Assembly (NCBI GenBank): GCA_963827685.1 | Contig: CAWHBU010000005.1 | Location: 1 to 64,000 of the forward strand | Origin: an uncultured delta proteobacterium | GTDB taxonomy: Bacteria; Desulfobacterota; BSN033; UBA1163 | Reading direction: 5' to 3' | DNA length: 64,000 bases | Shown here: positions 1-9,879 of the stretch, one piece after another | Position numbering within the stretch: the stretch's first letter is position 1 | Layout of the letters: every line of letters begins with the position of its first letter | Made by a program: the position numbers and the translations under genes | Notes under the pieces: model-generated | What the model was told of the DNA's origin: nothing | The model's database searches: none | The model's input: only the letters and a program-made list of their open reading frames with translations

Positions 1-15
1 TGAAAGGAGTTGCCG

Positions 16-1176
16 ATGGCGCTTGATTTCACTTTTGCCGAGGAACAAGAATTCTTCAGACAGATGGTTCGGGATGCGGTGAATCGTTTGATCATGCCCA
101 GAGTGGCCGAATTGGATGAAAAAGAAGAATTCCCCTGGGATCTTTGGAAAGAATTTGCTGCGCTGGGATATCTGGGCTTGAGGCATGAGGAAAAATATGG
201 TGGAATGGCTACGGATACCATCTCCCAAATGATTTTTTATGAAGAACTGGCAAGGGGATCCTGTGGGTTTGCCATGGCGGCAATCATGCAAATTCTCATG
301 GGAACTTACTTCATTGCCCGTTTTGGAAGTGAGAACATCAAACAGAGAATCCTTGTACCAGCGATAAAAGGTGAAAAAATCGGTACGATCTGCTTTACTG
401 AAGACCAGTCCGGTTCTGACTTGGGTGGAACGAGAACCTTAGCGACCAAGGTGGATGGAGGCTGGAGGATCAATGGAAGAAAGCAATGGATCACCAATGG
501 ACCGATTGCTGAGTTTTGCACCTGCATGGCAACGGTCGATCCAAAATTGGGACTCAAAGGTCTCAATTTCTACTTGGTCGAAAAAAAGACAGCAGATCGC
601 GATGGGTTCGTCTCCGGCCAGAGGCTGCATAAGTTGGGGTCTCGATGTTCGGTCACAGGTGAATTAGTTTTTGACAACGCCTTTGTTCCTGACGAAAATT
701 TTTTGGGTGACGAGATCGGAAAAGGGGTTCAGTATGCGGGAGATATTCTCAATGAAGTCCGTATCATGACGGCGATGTGTGCCTTAGCCATTGCAAAAGG
801 AGCCATGGATGATGCAAGGGAATACGCCAAAAACCGGATTGCTTTTGGAAATCCCATCAGTAAGTATCAGTTGATCCGGGAAAAGTTTGCAAAATATTGG
901 GCCTGGTATGAGGCCTCCTGGAATTACGCTTACAAATGTGCCTGGATGATTCAAAACAAAATTCCCTGCACCAATGAATGCATGATGGCTAAATATCATG
1001 CGACCGAGATGTGTATGTACGCCGTTGAAGAGGCAATGAGAATTTATGGCGGGAATGCCTTCTGCACAGAATATCCTCCGCAGCGTTATTGGAGAGATGC
1101 CAAGTTCTTGCTTTATGGCGGCGGCACCCATGAAGTTCTTTGCGATTATTTAGGAAGGATCTTTTGCAAAGAGTGA
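16..1176 (+). CDS. Acyl-CoA dehydrogenase
   Basis: ORF with ACAD motifs (FTEDQSGSDL, INGRKQWITNG, R-AFG-PI, YGGGTHEV); AGGAG RBS before ATG at 16. Confidence 0.93.
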   Translation: MALDFTFAEEQEFFRQMVRDAVNRLIMPRVAELDEKEEFPWDLWKEFAALGYLGLRHEEKYGGMATDTISQMIFYEELARGSCGFAMAAIMQILMGTYFIARFGSENIKQRILVPAIKGEKIGTICFTEDQSGSDLGGTRTLATKVDGGWRINGRKQWITNGPIAEFCTCMATVDPKLGLKGLNFYLVEKKTADRDGFVSGQRLHKLGSRCSVTGELVFDNAFVPDENFLGDEIGKGVQYAGDILNEVRIMTAMCALAIAKGAMDDAREYAKNRIAFGNPISKYQLIREKFAKYWAWYEASWNYAYKCAWMIQNKIPCTNECMMAKYHATEMCMYAVEEAMRIYGGNAFCTEYPPQRYWRDAKFLLYGGGTHEVLCDYLGRIFCKE

Positions 1177-1238
1177 TTAAAAAAATAAAGTACGAGGATT
1201 GAGGGTAATAGCGGACCCTGGTTGGGGAGGTTTCATTC

Positions 1239-2021
1239 ATGGAAATCTATGTGCTGGTGAAACAGGTTCCTGATCCGGAAGCGATCATAAAAGTCAAATC
1301 GGACTCTGAACTGGAGATCGAAAATAAATATTTCACCAACTTTTTCGATGAAATTGCTATCGAAGCAGGTCTAAAACTGAAAGAAAAGTTTGGGGGCAAG
1401 GTCACTGTGTTGACCGTCGAAAATAAGAAAGTGGATGCCCTGAGAAGAGGAATTGCTATGGGCGCGGATGATGCCATTCAGATCACCGACCCTGCCTTAG
1501 AGGGCTCGGATCAGTTTGCTATCGCCAAAGCCTTGGCCGCTTATCTCAAAGATAAACCCTTTGATCTGATTTTGGCGGGAAGGCAGGCCATGGACGATGA
1601 TGCAGGAATCGTCGGACCTGCTGTCGCTGAGCTATTGGGGATTCCACACGTCAATGCGATCATCGGCCTCGAGGTGGATGACCCCAAAAAGGGGGTGAAC
1701 GTGATCCGAGAAGTAGAGGCTGGGAAAGAAATCCTCTCCTGTTCCCTCCCTGCACTCTTCACTTGCCAGAAAGGTCTGTATAATCCTCGCATTCCTAAGG
1801 TGATGAATGTGATGAAGGCCATCAAGGCTCAGATTAAAAAGTTAGATCTTGCTGCTTTGGGATTGACCGCAACCGATGCAGGTGGCCAAGCCGCTAAAAT
1901 AAAAGTTCAGAAATATTTACCGCCTCCTAAGAGACCGCCCGTGAAAATGATCGAAGAAGATTTTCCGAAGAATGTGAAGACACTGGTTAAACTTCTAAAA
2001 GAAGAAGCCAAAGTCATTTGA
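1239..2021 (+). CDS. etfB: Electron transfer flavoprotein beta subunit
   Basis: VKQVPDPE, AMGADDAI and AGRQAMDDD motifs. Confidence 0.93.
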   Translation: MEIYVLVKQVPDPEAIIKVKSDSELEIENKYFTNFFDEIAIEAGLKLKEKFGGKVTVLTVENKKVDALRRGIAMGADDAIQITDPALEGSDQFAIAKALAAYLKDKPFDLILAGRQAMDDDAGIVGPAVAELLGIPHVNAIIGLEVDDPKKGVNVIREVEAGKEILSCSLPALFTCQKGLYNPRIPKVMNVMKAIKAQIKKLDLAALGLTATDAGGQAAKIKVQKYLPPPKRPPVKMIEEDFPKNVKTLVKLLKEEAKVI

Positions 2022-2151
2022 AATGCGGAATGCGGATTTTGGATTGCGGATCGAAATTCTAATTCTGGAAATCTAAGCTTCTAAACTTTTCAATTCGAGA
2101 CAAGATTGATTTGGACTTTAATTCCGCAATCCGCAATCCGAATTTCGAAAT
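2022..2151. repeat. Heptamer-periodic inverted repeat (TGCGGAA/TGCGGAT ... TCCGCAA) between etfB and etfA
   Basis: tgcggaatgcggattttggattgcggat ... attccgcaatccgcaatccgaatttcgaaat. Confidence 0.7.
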
Positions 2152-2169
2152 GGTAAAAGGGAGACCATC

Positions 2170-3156
2170 ATGCCTGATGAGATATGGGTCTTTGCCGAAC
2201 AACAAGAGGGAAAGGTCAGAAAAGTGACCTTCGAGCTCCTCACCGCCGTGGCAGAGTTTTCAAAAAAGACAAATCAGGCGGTCGGAGTGATCCTTCTGGG
2301 AAGCGGTCTTCAACAAGCCGTGAAGGGGCTCACCCCTTATGCTGACAAAATCTATCTTATTGATGACCCAGCCCTTGCTTCATACACTTCCGATGCCTAT
2401 TTGGTCAATATGGCACCTTTCATTAAAGAACATCAACCCTCTGTTCTTCTGGGAGGAGCCACCTCTACGGGAAAGGATCTTTTCCCAAGGCTGGCCATGC
2501 ACTTACAAACAGGTTATGCCCCTGACTGCACGGGTCTGGCCGTAGAAGAGAATGGAAAGCTTATAGCCAAACGCCCCCTTTATGGAGGAAAGGTCTTTGC
2601 AGAGATAACCTTTTCTGAAGCGAGACCTCAGATGGCTACGGTGAGGAATAATACATTCCTTATCAACGAAAACCTTGGTAAGTCAGCCCAAGTCGTTTCA
2701 ATTTCCTCTCACATCAATCCTTCTTCATTGAAAAAGAGGGTAATTGGAGTGGAGAAGGCAGCCGGGACGAAGTTAGATATTACAGAGGCCGATGTCGTGG
2801 TAGCCGCGGGTAGAGGAATTAAAGGATCTGAAAATTTCAAAATGATTGATCAGTTAGCTGATGTGCTCAATGCTTCCGTAGGAACAACCCGTGCAGTGGT
2901 CGATGAAGGGTGGAGAGATCAAAAGGATCAGATTGGAAAGAGCGGTAAGAATATCTCCGCCAAACTCTACATGGCTTTCGGCATCTCGGGCGCTGTCCAT
3001 CATGTGCTGGGAATTGGTACGTGTAAAACGGTCGTGGCTGTGGATACGGACCCAAATGCCCTCATCTTTAACTATGCAGACTATGGGATCGTTGGAGATC
3101 TTTTCCAGATTGTGCCAGCATTAACCGAAGAATTAAAAAAGGTTCTAAAGGAGTAA
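2170..3156 (+). CDS. etfA: Electron transfer flavoprotein alpha subunit
   Basis: KRPLYGG, AAGRG, QIGKSG, GISGAVHH and ADYGIVGDL motifs. Confidence 0.93.
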   Translation: MPDEIWVFAEQQEGKVRKVTFELLTAVAEFSKKTNQAVGVILLGSGLQQAVKGLTPYADKIYLIDDPALASYTSDAYLVNMAPFIKEHQPSVLLGGATSTGKDLFPRLAMHLQTGYAPDCTGLAVEENGKLIAKRPLYGGKVFAEITFSEARPQMATVRNNTFLINENLGKSAQVVSISSHINPSSLKKRVIGVEKAAGTKLDITEADVVVAAGRGIKGSENFKMIDQLADVLNASVGTTRAVVDEGWRDQKDQIGKSGKNISAKLYMAFGISGAVHHVLGIGTCKTVVAVDTDPNALIFNYADYGIVGDLFQIVPALTEELKKVLKE

Positions 3157-3166
3157 CAAATTGGGA

Positions 3167-3496
3167 GCTTGGAAAAGTGCCTGTATCAAGGCCGGCCTAT
3201 GGAAAATAGAACGGGAAAAGGACGGGAATGAGATTAAAGCTCCCACAAAACTCTTCTGCGATCTAAGAAAAAGTGCGGAGTGAGAAACTTACTTCGGGAA
3301 GGTGTACCCGAGAAGATTTCTATGAGTATCAGTGAACAGAAAAACCCGATCAGTCTTTGATCGGTGTAATATTGGTTCCGATAGAGATAAGGTGGAGGCC
3401 ATCAAAAAGGTACACGCTTACCACCTGGAACAAGAAAAAAGACTTTCTGAAGTGGAATCCATCACCGACGGTCGAAGAGTAATCGATAACGGTTGA
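3167..3496 (+). pseudogene. Decayed C-terminal fragment of a tyrosine recombinase/integrase
   Basis: Translation across two frameshifts: AWKSACIKAGL...KLFCDLRKS / VRNLLREGVPEKISMSISEQK / TRSVFDRCNIGSD, matching the FHDLRR-AVRN--RAGV-E---M-ISGHKT-SVFDRYNI box of tyrosine integrases. Confidence 0.8.
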
Positions 3497-3550
3497 AATC
3501 AAAGGTTGCGAGTTATCGAAATTTCAAATGGTACAAGAAATAATGATATC

Positions 3551-3590
3551 ATTTTAAGTCCCTTGCGTCTACCAATTCCGCCACCCACGC
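3551..3590 (-). pseudogene. 5' half of tRNA-Leu(TAA), truncated just after the anticodon loop (att-site-like)
   Basis: Minus strand GCGTGGGTGGCGGAATTGGTAGACGCAAGGGACTTAAAAT, followed by non-tRNA sequence. Confidence 0.85.
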
Positions 3591-3724
3591 TTTTTCCGTA
3601 TTTCGTTGCCCGTGAATAGTGTTTCGTTTGAAGCATCAATATACTCTTTGGAGGATCTTCTCAATACGGGAACTCATCTTGCTCTCCCCCAGTTTTTCAG
3701 CAGCCCTGAGCTTTTTAGGAACAA

Positions 3725-3893
3725 GCCACCCGGCCGAGCCCCTTAGAGAGGCTTCACAGGCCGCACCGCTTTGCGCTTGGGCACACGGATCTCAACGTTA
3801 TAAGGAAGCCCCCCATCTTCCTCGGTCAGGTTACAAATTACTCTCTAAGAAATCGGCCTTATGAAGCCTTGAAGAGGGGGTTGGCTAGGTGGC
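3725..3893. ncRNA. Candidate structured RNA (long closing stem around an inner hairpin)
   Basis: GCCACCCGGCCGAGCCCCT pairs with AGGGGGTTGGCTAGGTGGC; GGCTTCACAGGCCG pairs with CGGCCTTATGAAGCC; inner AGGAAG/CTTCCT hairpin. Confidence 0.35.
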
Positions 3894-4128
3894 AATTTGC
3901 ATCCATTCTATCCAGCCTGGAGAGGATAAGGAAATACTGGGGGTGGGCAAGGGGAACTCATGAATCCCTGTTCATTTTCAATAAATACCTTTTCAATTTG
4001 CCATAGAGTCTCTTATGAAGCCTCCCTTGTTTCAAGGAGAAACTTGTGTTAGAAGTGGACGGAATGTATTCCAAAGCCAGGACACGGAAGACGGACACTG
4101 ACACGATATTTTAATAAGGAGGAAACCC

Positions 4129-5787
4129 ATGCGATCCGATAGTATGAAGAAGGGGCTTGAAAGAGCGCCTCACCGTTCTCTTTTTAGGGCCCTAGGGCTG
4201 ACGGATGAAGAGATTGAGCGACCCATGATCGGAATTGCCAACTCAGCCAATGAAGTCATTCCAGGCCATCTCCATCTGCATCAACTCTCCGATGCCGTCA
4301 AAGCGGGTGTCCGGATGGCAGGGGGGACTCCTCTCGAATTCTTTACGATCGGAATTTGTGATGGAATCATCATGGGGCATGAAGGAATGAAATATTCACT
4401 CGGCTCAAGAGAATTGATTGCCGATTCGATTGAATCCATGGCCATGGCTTACCCTTTCGATGGCCTGGTCCTCATTCCAAACTGTGACAAAATCATTCCT
4501 GGAATGATGATGGCAGCAGCCCGACTCAATATTCCCACCATTCTTGTAAGTGGCGGTCCCATGCTGGCAGGTGAGTTTCAGGGCAGAGAGATTGACCTGA
4601 TCACAGTCTTTGAGTCCGTAGGAAAGGTGAAGGTTGGAGAGATGACGGAAAAGGATCTCAAGGAAGTCGAAGGCTGTGCTTGCCCGGGGGTAGGCTCCTG
4701 TGCAGGAATGTTTACGGCAAATTCTATGAACTGCCTTGCAGAGGTCCTCGGTTTGGCACTCCCTTATAACGGCACCATTCCAGCCGTCTTTGCTGAAAGA
4801 ATACGTTTAGGGAAAAAATCAGGGATCCAAATCATGGAGTTGATCAAGAAAAACTTGACGCCTTCTAAAATCCTGACGGTGAAGGCTTTTGAAAATGCTG
4901 TCACGGTAGATATGGCTTTTGGAGGCTCCACCAATACCTCCCTTCATCTTTCTGCGATTGCCAGGGAGGCAGGGATTAGACTTTCTCTCCAGGCTTTCAA
5001 CAAGATCAGCGAGAAGACTCCTCACCTCTGTAATATGTCACCGGGGGGACCCTATCATGTTCAAGATCTACATCACGCTGGAGGCATTCCGGCCCTGATG
5101 AACGAATTGAGTCGTGGAGGATTGATCCATCAGAATCCGTTGACGGTTACTGGAAAATCGATTGGAGAAAATCTTAGAGGAAAGAAAATCCTCGATCCAG
5201 AAGTGATCCGCCCGATTGAAAAACCTCATCACCCCACAGGAGGTTTGGCCGTTCTCTTTGGGAATTTAGCTCCCGAGGGTGCAGTGGTAAAACAATCCGC
5301 CGTGGATGAATCCATGCTGAAACATCGCGGACCGGCCAGGGTCTTCGATTCTGAAGAAGAGGCGACCAAGGTTATTCTCAATAGAAAGATCAAAAAAGGA
5401 GAGGTCGTCGTCATCCGTTATGAGGGCCCGAAAGGTGGACCAGGAATGAGGGAAATGCTGGCTCCCACCTCTGCGATTGTCGGCGTCGGAAGAGATCGGG
5501 ATGTCGCCCTGCTGACCGATGGCCGTTTTTCAGGAGGAAGTCGTGGAGCAGCCATCGGCCACATTTCTCCAGAAGCTGCAGAGGGAGGTCCCATTGCCGT
5601 GGTGCGGAATGGGGATCAGATTGAAATTGATATTCCCGAAAAGAAACTCAACCTTCTTCTCTCCGACGAAGAATTGAAAGAAAGATTGTCTAAGTGGAAA
5701 CCGCCAAAGAGAAAACTGAAGGGTTATCTCAAACGATATGCAAGACTGGTCACATCTGCCAATACGGGCGCAACGTTTGAAGACTAA
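4129..5787 (+). CDS. ilvD: Dihydroxy-acid dehydratase
   Basis: [36 protein letters not shown] and TDGRFSGG motifs. Confidence 0.96.
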   Translation: MRSDSMKKGLERAPHRSLFRALGLTDEEIERPMIGIANSANEVIPGHLHLHQLSDAVKAGVRMAGGTPLEFFTIGICDGIIMGHEGMKYSLGSRELIADSIESMAMAYPFDGLVLIPNCDKIIPGMMMAAARLNIPTILVSGGPMLAGEFQGREIDLITVFESVGKVKVGEMTEKDLKEVEGCACPGVGSCAGMFTANSMNCLAEVLGLALPYNGTIPAVFAERIRLGKKSGIQIMELIKKNLTPSKILTVKAFENAVTVDMAFGGSTNTSLHLSAIAREAGIRLSLQAFNKISEKTPHLCNMSPGGPYHVQDLHHAGGIPALMNELSRGGLIHQNPLTVTGKSIGENLRGKKILDPEVIRPIEKPHHPTGGLAVLFGNLAPEGAVVKQSAVDESMLKHRGPARVFDSEEEATKVILNRKIKKGEVVVIRYEGPKGGPGMREMLAPTSAIVGVGRDRDVALLTDGRFSGGSRGAAIGHISPEAAEGGPIAVVRNGDQIEIDIPEKKLNLLLSDEELKERLSKWKPPKRKLKGYLKRYARLVTSANTGATFED

Positions 5788-5893
5788 TTTCAGATTGCAG
5801 ATTTAGGAACTACCCTGCCTGCTGCGGGAATGGAATCAAGTGGTCTTCAGGTTGAAGTCAGGAAGCCTGTTTACACCTCAACCTCTCATTTTC

Positions 5894-6085
5894 TTAGGAC
5901 CTGTTCCCTATTGGTGTTTTAAATTTTTTGGTGTCCCCGTCGGAATGGGGTTTCTCTACATCATATCTGAAATGAAATGCTTGCCCCGCAAACCTCTTCA
6001 AAACCTCGTCCATCTTTTTGATGAAAAGATCAACTTGGTCATCCTCTACATGAACCGCAAGAAATTTAATAGTGATTTTTGCCAT
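5894..6085 (-). CDS. Small hypothetical protein
   Basis: ORF MAKITIKFLAVHVEDDQVD..., directly downstream of a sigma54 consensus. Confidence 0.55.
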   Translation of the reverse strand: MAKITIKFLAVHVEDDQVDLFIKKMDEVLKRFAGQAFHFRYDVEKPHSDGDTKKFKTPIGNRS

Positions 6086-6106
6086 GGTGAGAGCCACTTA
6101 TTTAGC

Positions 6107-6122
6107 AGCAAATAATGTGCCA
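6107..6122 (-). promoter_or_regulatory. Sigma54 -24/-12 promoter
   Basis: TGGCACattatTTGCT (GG-N10-GC). Confidence 0.7.
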
Positions 6123-6493
6123 TCCATTTTAAAACCCATAATCCATTTAAATTCCTCAATTTGAGAAGATCGTAGAGATTTTCTTCAAGAGGATCATGAC
6201 AAATTTGCGTTTCTTCTTACAAAATTGATCACGAAACATTGAGTCTGAACATAAGCCTGCCGGACGATGGTCAACAAGCCGGGATTGGGATCTATCATAA
6301 ATTAGAATGGGAGTTCAACAAAGATTAAAAGGGATGGTTTCTAAAAGATTTTTTCCATTAATCCACAATCGATGTTGAATCATTGTGGAATTAGATTATC
6401 TTCCGCTTGATGGAGGCCGTTTTAACCGTTTTGCCTAAAAAATGGGCACATATAAGCCTTGAAATGAATTGGTAAATCTAAGTGTTTCTGGGA

Positions 6494-6763
6494 TCAAACG
6501 ACAAATGATCCCGCTTTGTCCTCAGAAATTAAGAACCCATCTCTCTTCAACTGAGAAATTACTTTATGGGCAGCCCATCTACTAATATTAAAGTCATGAA
6601 GAACTCTATCGTACGATAACCTTTGCCCCGCCTTCAGCTTGCCAGAGCGTTTCATCTTCTTCGGTTGACCATACACTTTGTCTGGAAACTGAAATCTGCT
6701 TAGCTCTTGTGGGAAAATTTCTTTAAGAATATCAACTGGTATTCTACTTTCGGATTTTCTCAT
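6494..6763 (-). CDS. GntR-like winged-HTH-only small protein
   Basis: LKAGQRLS...FNISR...ISQLKRDGFL...GSFV resembles a GntR wHTH. Confidence 0.55.
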   Translation of the reverse strand: MRKSESRIPVDILKEIFPQELSRFQFPDKVYGQPKKMKRSGKLKAGQRLSYDRVLHDFNISRWAAHKVISQLKRDGFLISEDKAGSFVV

Positions 6764-6850
6764 CTCTCATGCCCTTTCCGTGCTTTGGTATTAGGATCAT
6801 GTTTCCAGCCCCTTTCCCCTTCATGCCCTGACCCACCACCTTTACCCTCT

Positions 6851-7231
6851 CTACCACAAGAGTCTTAAAGTTATGTAAATTGCCGATAGCCAGATCAAGA
6901 CGATGACTATTGCTGCGATCCAATTTCTTCGCTTTTTACTCATAGATTGGAAGCGTGCTTTCTCCCTGCATTCCTCCAAAACTTCTTCAGGAATCATTTT
7001 GATGAGAAAGGCAATCCCCGCGGGAACAATTATTAAATCGTCAAGATACCCTATAACAGGGATGAAATCAGGAATTAAGTCTATCGGGCTTAAGGCATAT
7101 CCGATAATGAGGACGGCGAAGGCTTTTGCATACCAGGGAGTTCTTGGATGTTTAGAGGCAAGATAGAGAACGCATACCTCACTTTTTAACTGCTTCGATT
7201 TCGTTTTCCACGATCTTATATCCATTTCCAA
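6851..7231 (-). CDS. YkvA/DUF1232 membrane protein
   Basis: TPWYAK...YALSPIDLIPDFIPVIGYLDDL. Confidence 0.9.
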   Translation of the reverse strand: MEMDIRSWKTKSKQLKSEVCVLYLASKHPRTPWYAKAFAVLIIGYALSPIDLIPDFIPVIGYLDDLIIVPAGIAFLIKMIPEEVLEECREKARFQSMSKKRRNWIAAIVIVLIWLSAIYITLRLLW

Positions 7232-7334
7232 AATCTTTGCGATTCCACTCAGGTGTTATCCCCACTTCATCCTTTCCTTATTCATCTGCCGCCCCCCTTA
7301 CCCTCTTCTTCTCAAAAGACATTCTTGAATTGAT

Positions 7335-7508
7335 TCATTTGATTTCCTCTCTGCATCCTTTACAAACATATGAATTTCCTTCCAAATCGTCAGCTGTGAT
7401 AGCACGGTCAATTTCTTTCATCATTTCAATATCTTTATTAATGCACTCTACACAGTAAATATCTCCATCTTCGGTGTAGTAACCGACTGCCTCTTCTTTC
7501 TCGGTCAT
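7335..7508 (-). CDS. 57-aa CxxC...CxxC (zinc-finger-like) protein, absent from the ORF track
   Basis: MTEKEEAVGYYTEDGDIYCVECINKDIEMMKEIDRAITADDLEGNSYVCKGCREEIK*, GAGG RBS upstream. Confidence 0.7.
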   Translation of the reverse strand: MTEKEEAVGYYTEDGDIYCVECINKDIEMMKEIDRAITADDLEGNSYVCKGCREEIK

Positions 7509-7630
7509 TTCTTTCCTCCTTTCATTGGCGAGTACTCCTATTGCTCACAACCACTCTGGTGGGTGGTTCTTGCTGGACGGCCTGGGACATGAGAAGTTCT
7601 AATCCTACATTGAGGTTTCTAATAGGTGGA

Positions 7631-8467
7631 TCATTTTGATTTTTTCACTATCCCGATCACATTCGGAACAGGCCGAGCAACGGGTATGCTATCATTTTCA
7701 TTAAGGCTTATTGCGCGACCAATCCTGTCGAACTCAACATCGTTGGCTGAAAAATACAGGTTGGCTTGTTGTCCTCCCTCCAAATACATTGCATTACGAA
7801 TTGAAATGGGAAGTGATAGCAATACGTGGCCAAAGTCATACCCTGAGTAAGGAGACTCCGTAAAGATGAACAATGCATTCCCGCTTTTGTCCATGCCGAA
7901 AACAGCCATGCTCCATATCTTATCCTGTTTGCTCCAGACATTCTCCTGCCGGCAACTGATCATTCTTATATCCTGGACAAGCGTTTCGTACTTGAACCTT
8001 AGCCCTTCAAAGTCTTGGCATTTCAGATCGATAATCTGAATCTCTGGGAGGGCGGATTCGATAGGGTTAAACGCCAAAACGGCTTTGTAAGCCGTGTTAA
8101 GCCTTGGGTTGTTAATATGACTAAAGTTCTTCATGTAACCAACGTTTCTTATTCCATCCTGCTGATACATTCCTGCATTGATGGCAGAAATGAGACTATG
8201 CTTTTGACACCATTTCTTTGCCGTCATCTTTATTCCACCATGCTCCGAAGCACAGAGAAGTTTGAACGAATAGACCCTGGGGTCGGTCTTCACAATAGTG
8301 ATTCCTGAATTGTTGATCTTTGCTTTCCCTGGAAACGAAAAGTCCCCGATATATAATCCCTCGTCAACTTTCTTCCACAAATCATCCTTGGATAGGATCG
8401 GACGAGGAGATAGAATGGTGCTGAGGATTGCGGTGAGAATAGCAAGTAAAGCAGTTATTTGTTTCAT
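7631..8467 (-). CDS. Exported phosphodiester glycosidase (NAGPA/DUF2233-like) protein
   Basis: Signal peptide, AINAGMY and NAMYLEGG motifs, C-terminal PVPNVIG. Confidence 0.75.
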   Translation of the reverse strand: MKQITALLAILTAILSTILSPRPILSKDDLWKKVDEGLYIGDFSFPGKAKINNSGITIVKTDPRVYSFKLLCASEHGGIKMTAKKWCQKHSLISAINAGMYQQDGIRNVGYMKNFSHINNPRLNTAYKAVLAFNPIESALPEIQIIDLKCQDFEGLRFKYETLVQDIRMISCRQENVWSKQDKIWSMAVFGMDKSGNALFIFTESPYSGYDFGHVLLSLPISIRNAMYLEGGQQANLYFSANDVEFDRIGRAISLNENDSIPVARPVPNVIGIVKKSK

Positions 8468-8862
8468 GGACTCCCCTACTCAAAAGTCTATTTCTTTTCG
8501 TCTTCTTTACTGAAGACCTCCAGCATCAATTCTTTTTGGGGTCAGCATTCCAATACAGCAGAAATAGGGTCTCAATTTTATCCTTAGCCATACAGCCATT
8601 CCATGGGCTATGAGATTAAGAACGGATGGTCTTGATTTCGATAAGAGTGTATTAAATTTGGGGCATGGTGTCAATGAGCATTGGGAAAAGCAAAACTCCC
8701 CACCCACAAGACAGGGTTTATGGGGCACCTGTTCCACCTAAAAAAAGTCGCACCTACAACCCTTAGCGTATAGCGCGGGGATTAGGCTTTACCTCGAAAG
8801 GTTGAATGGATTGACCTCTTGGAGCAAATCGAGGGAAAAAGAAAAAGTTGGAGTATCGTAAG

Positions 8863-9126
8863 TTATGCAGAAGCCATTCTGTTATGAGAGAAACGCAGGT
8901 AAATTCCTAATAGGTCATCTGCCAATTTTTCGGTCCTCCCTTTAATTTCATACAAACTTGATAAAAAAGACTGAAGGGATTCGTTAATTTTGGTTAAGTT
9001 TTCTCCGTTCCTTTTCGAACTTTCTGATATTTTTTTCTCCCTTTCACGACATTCTTCGATAAGATCTTTTAACTTTTCTCTTTCTTCTTCAGTCCACTCT
9101 GAAACAAGCTGATCGACTGTCTTCAT
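8863..9126 (-). CDS. Small coiled-coil hypothetical protein
   Basis: 87-aa helical ORF with AGGA RBS and an upstream sigma54-like site. Confidence 0.7.
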   Translation of the reverse strand: MKTVDQLVSEWTEEEREKLKDLIEECREREKKISESSKRNGENLTKINESLQSFLSSLYEIKGRTEKLADDLLGIYLRFSHNRMASA

Positions 9127-9176
9127 ATTCTATCCTGTATGACATCATTCTATTTGCGAAAGATAGGAAAGACCGT

Positions 9177-9192
9177 AGCAAAATATATACCG
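9177..9192 (-). promoter_or_regulatory. Putative sigma54 promoter
   Basis: CGGTATatattTTGCT (GG-N10-GC). Confidence 0.5.
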
Positions 9193-9492
9193 CCTTCGTG
9201 AGTGATACAAAAAATCATAAAATAACTCACCTCTTCGAGGACTTAGGCAATTGCAAAAAATCTCTGCAAAAGCTAACCCCCCGAAAAAAGAGAAACGCTT
9301 TACTCTTTTTGAAAAAACATTTTCCCTTTTTGGGAAAACGACAGTTGGTCTAAAAGCAGCTTTTGAATTCCTGTTTCAGATCGTTCCACAAGGTAATTTC
9401 TTAATCTTCGTTAATTCTTATCAACACTCACTGTTGCAACACATTATCAATAAATTGCTTGGCAGGCAATTCACCGATAACAGAAAGTAACT

Positions 9493-9525
9493 AAAAAAGG
9501 GATAAGGTGATCACCTTATCCCTTT
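9493..9525 (-). terminator. Intrinsic terminator after the tRNA pair
   Basis: Perfect palindrome AAAGGGATAAGGTGA|TCACCTTATCCCTTT followed by a T-tract on the minus strand. Confidence 0.8.
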
Positions 9526-9534
9526 CATTTTTCT

Positions 9535-9609
9535 TGGAGGCGGCAACCGGATTTGAACCGGTGAATAACGGTTTTGCAGACCGTCGCCTTACCACTTGGC
9601 TATGCCGCC
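9535..9609 (-). tRNA. tRNA-Cys(GCA)
   Basis: GGCGGCATAGCCAAGTGGTAAGGC...CTGCAAAA...GGTTCAAATCC...CCA cloverleaf. Confidence 0.97.
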
Positions 9610-9611
9610 TT

Positions 9612-9686
<75 letters not shown>

Positions 9687-9790
9687 ATCTTGTCTTGAAA
9701 AATAACGTAACCGTGTCCGTGCCACGTGCCCGAGAAAAATTAAATTTTCGTCATTCGTGGTTGACGAAAACGGCACTCCAGATGACATTA

Positions 9791-9819
9791 AAATTACAGG
9801 AATGGGCCACGATTGTCAA
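9791..9819 (-). promoter_or_regulatory. Sigma70 promoter of the tRNA operon
   Basis: TTGACA-N17-TAATTT with TG extension. Confidence 0.6.
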
Positions 9820-9879
9820 TAGACAATCTCAAACAACAGTTCGGAGTTCAGCGTTTGGAGTTCGGAGAAAAAAACTGAT

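Noticed and set aside
3160-3550. Group I intron in tRNA-Leu(UAA)
   Set aside because: No recognisable P7/catalytic core and no 3' exon; the sequence instead translates as an integrase remnant on the other strand.
8740-8826. c-di-GMP-type riboswitch (hairpins with a GAAA loop)
   Set aside because: The conserved GGCAAACC/GCAAAGC elements were not found on either strand.
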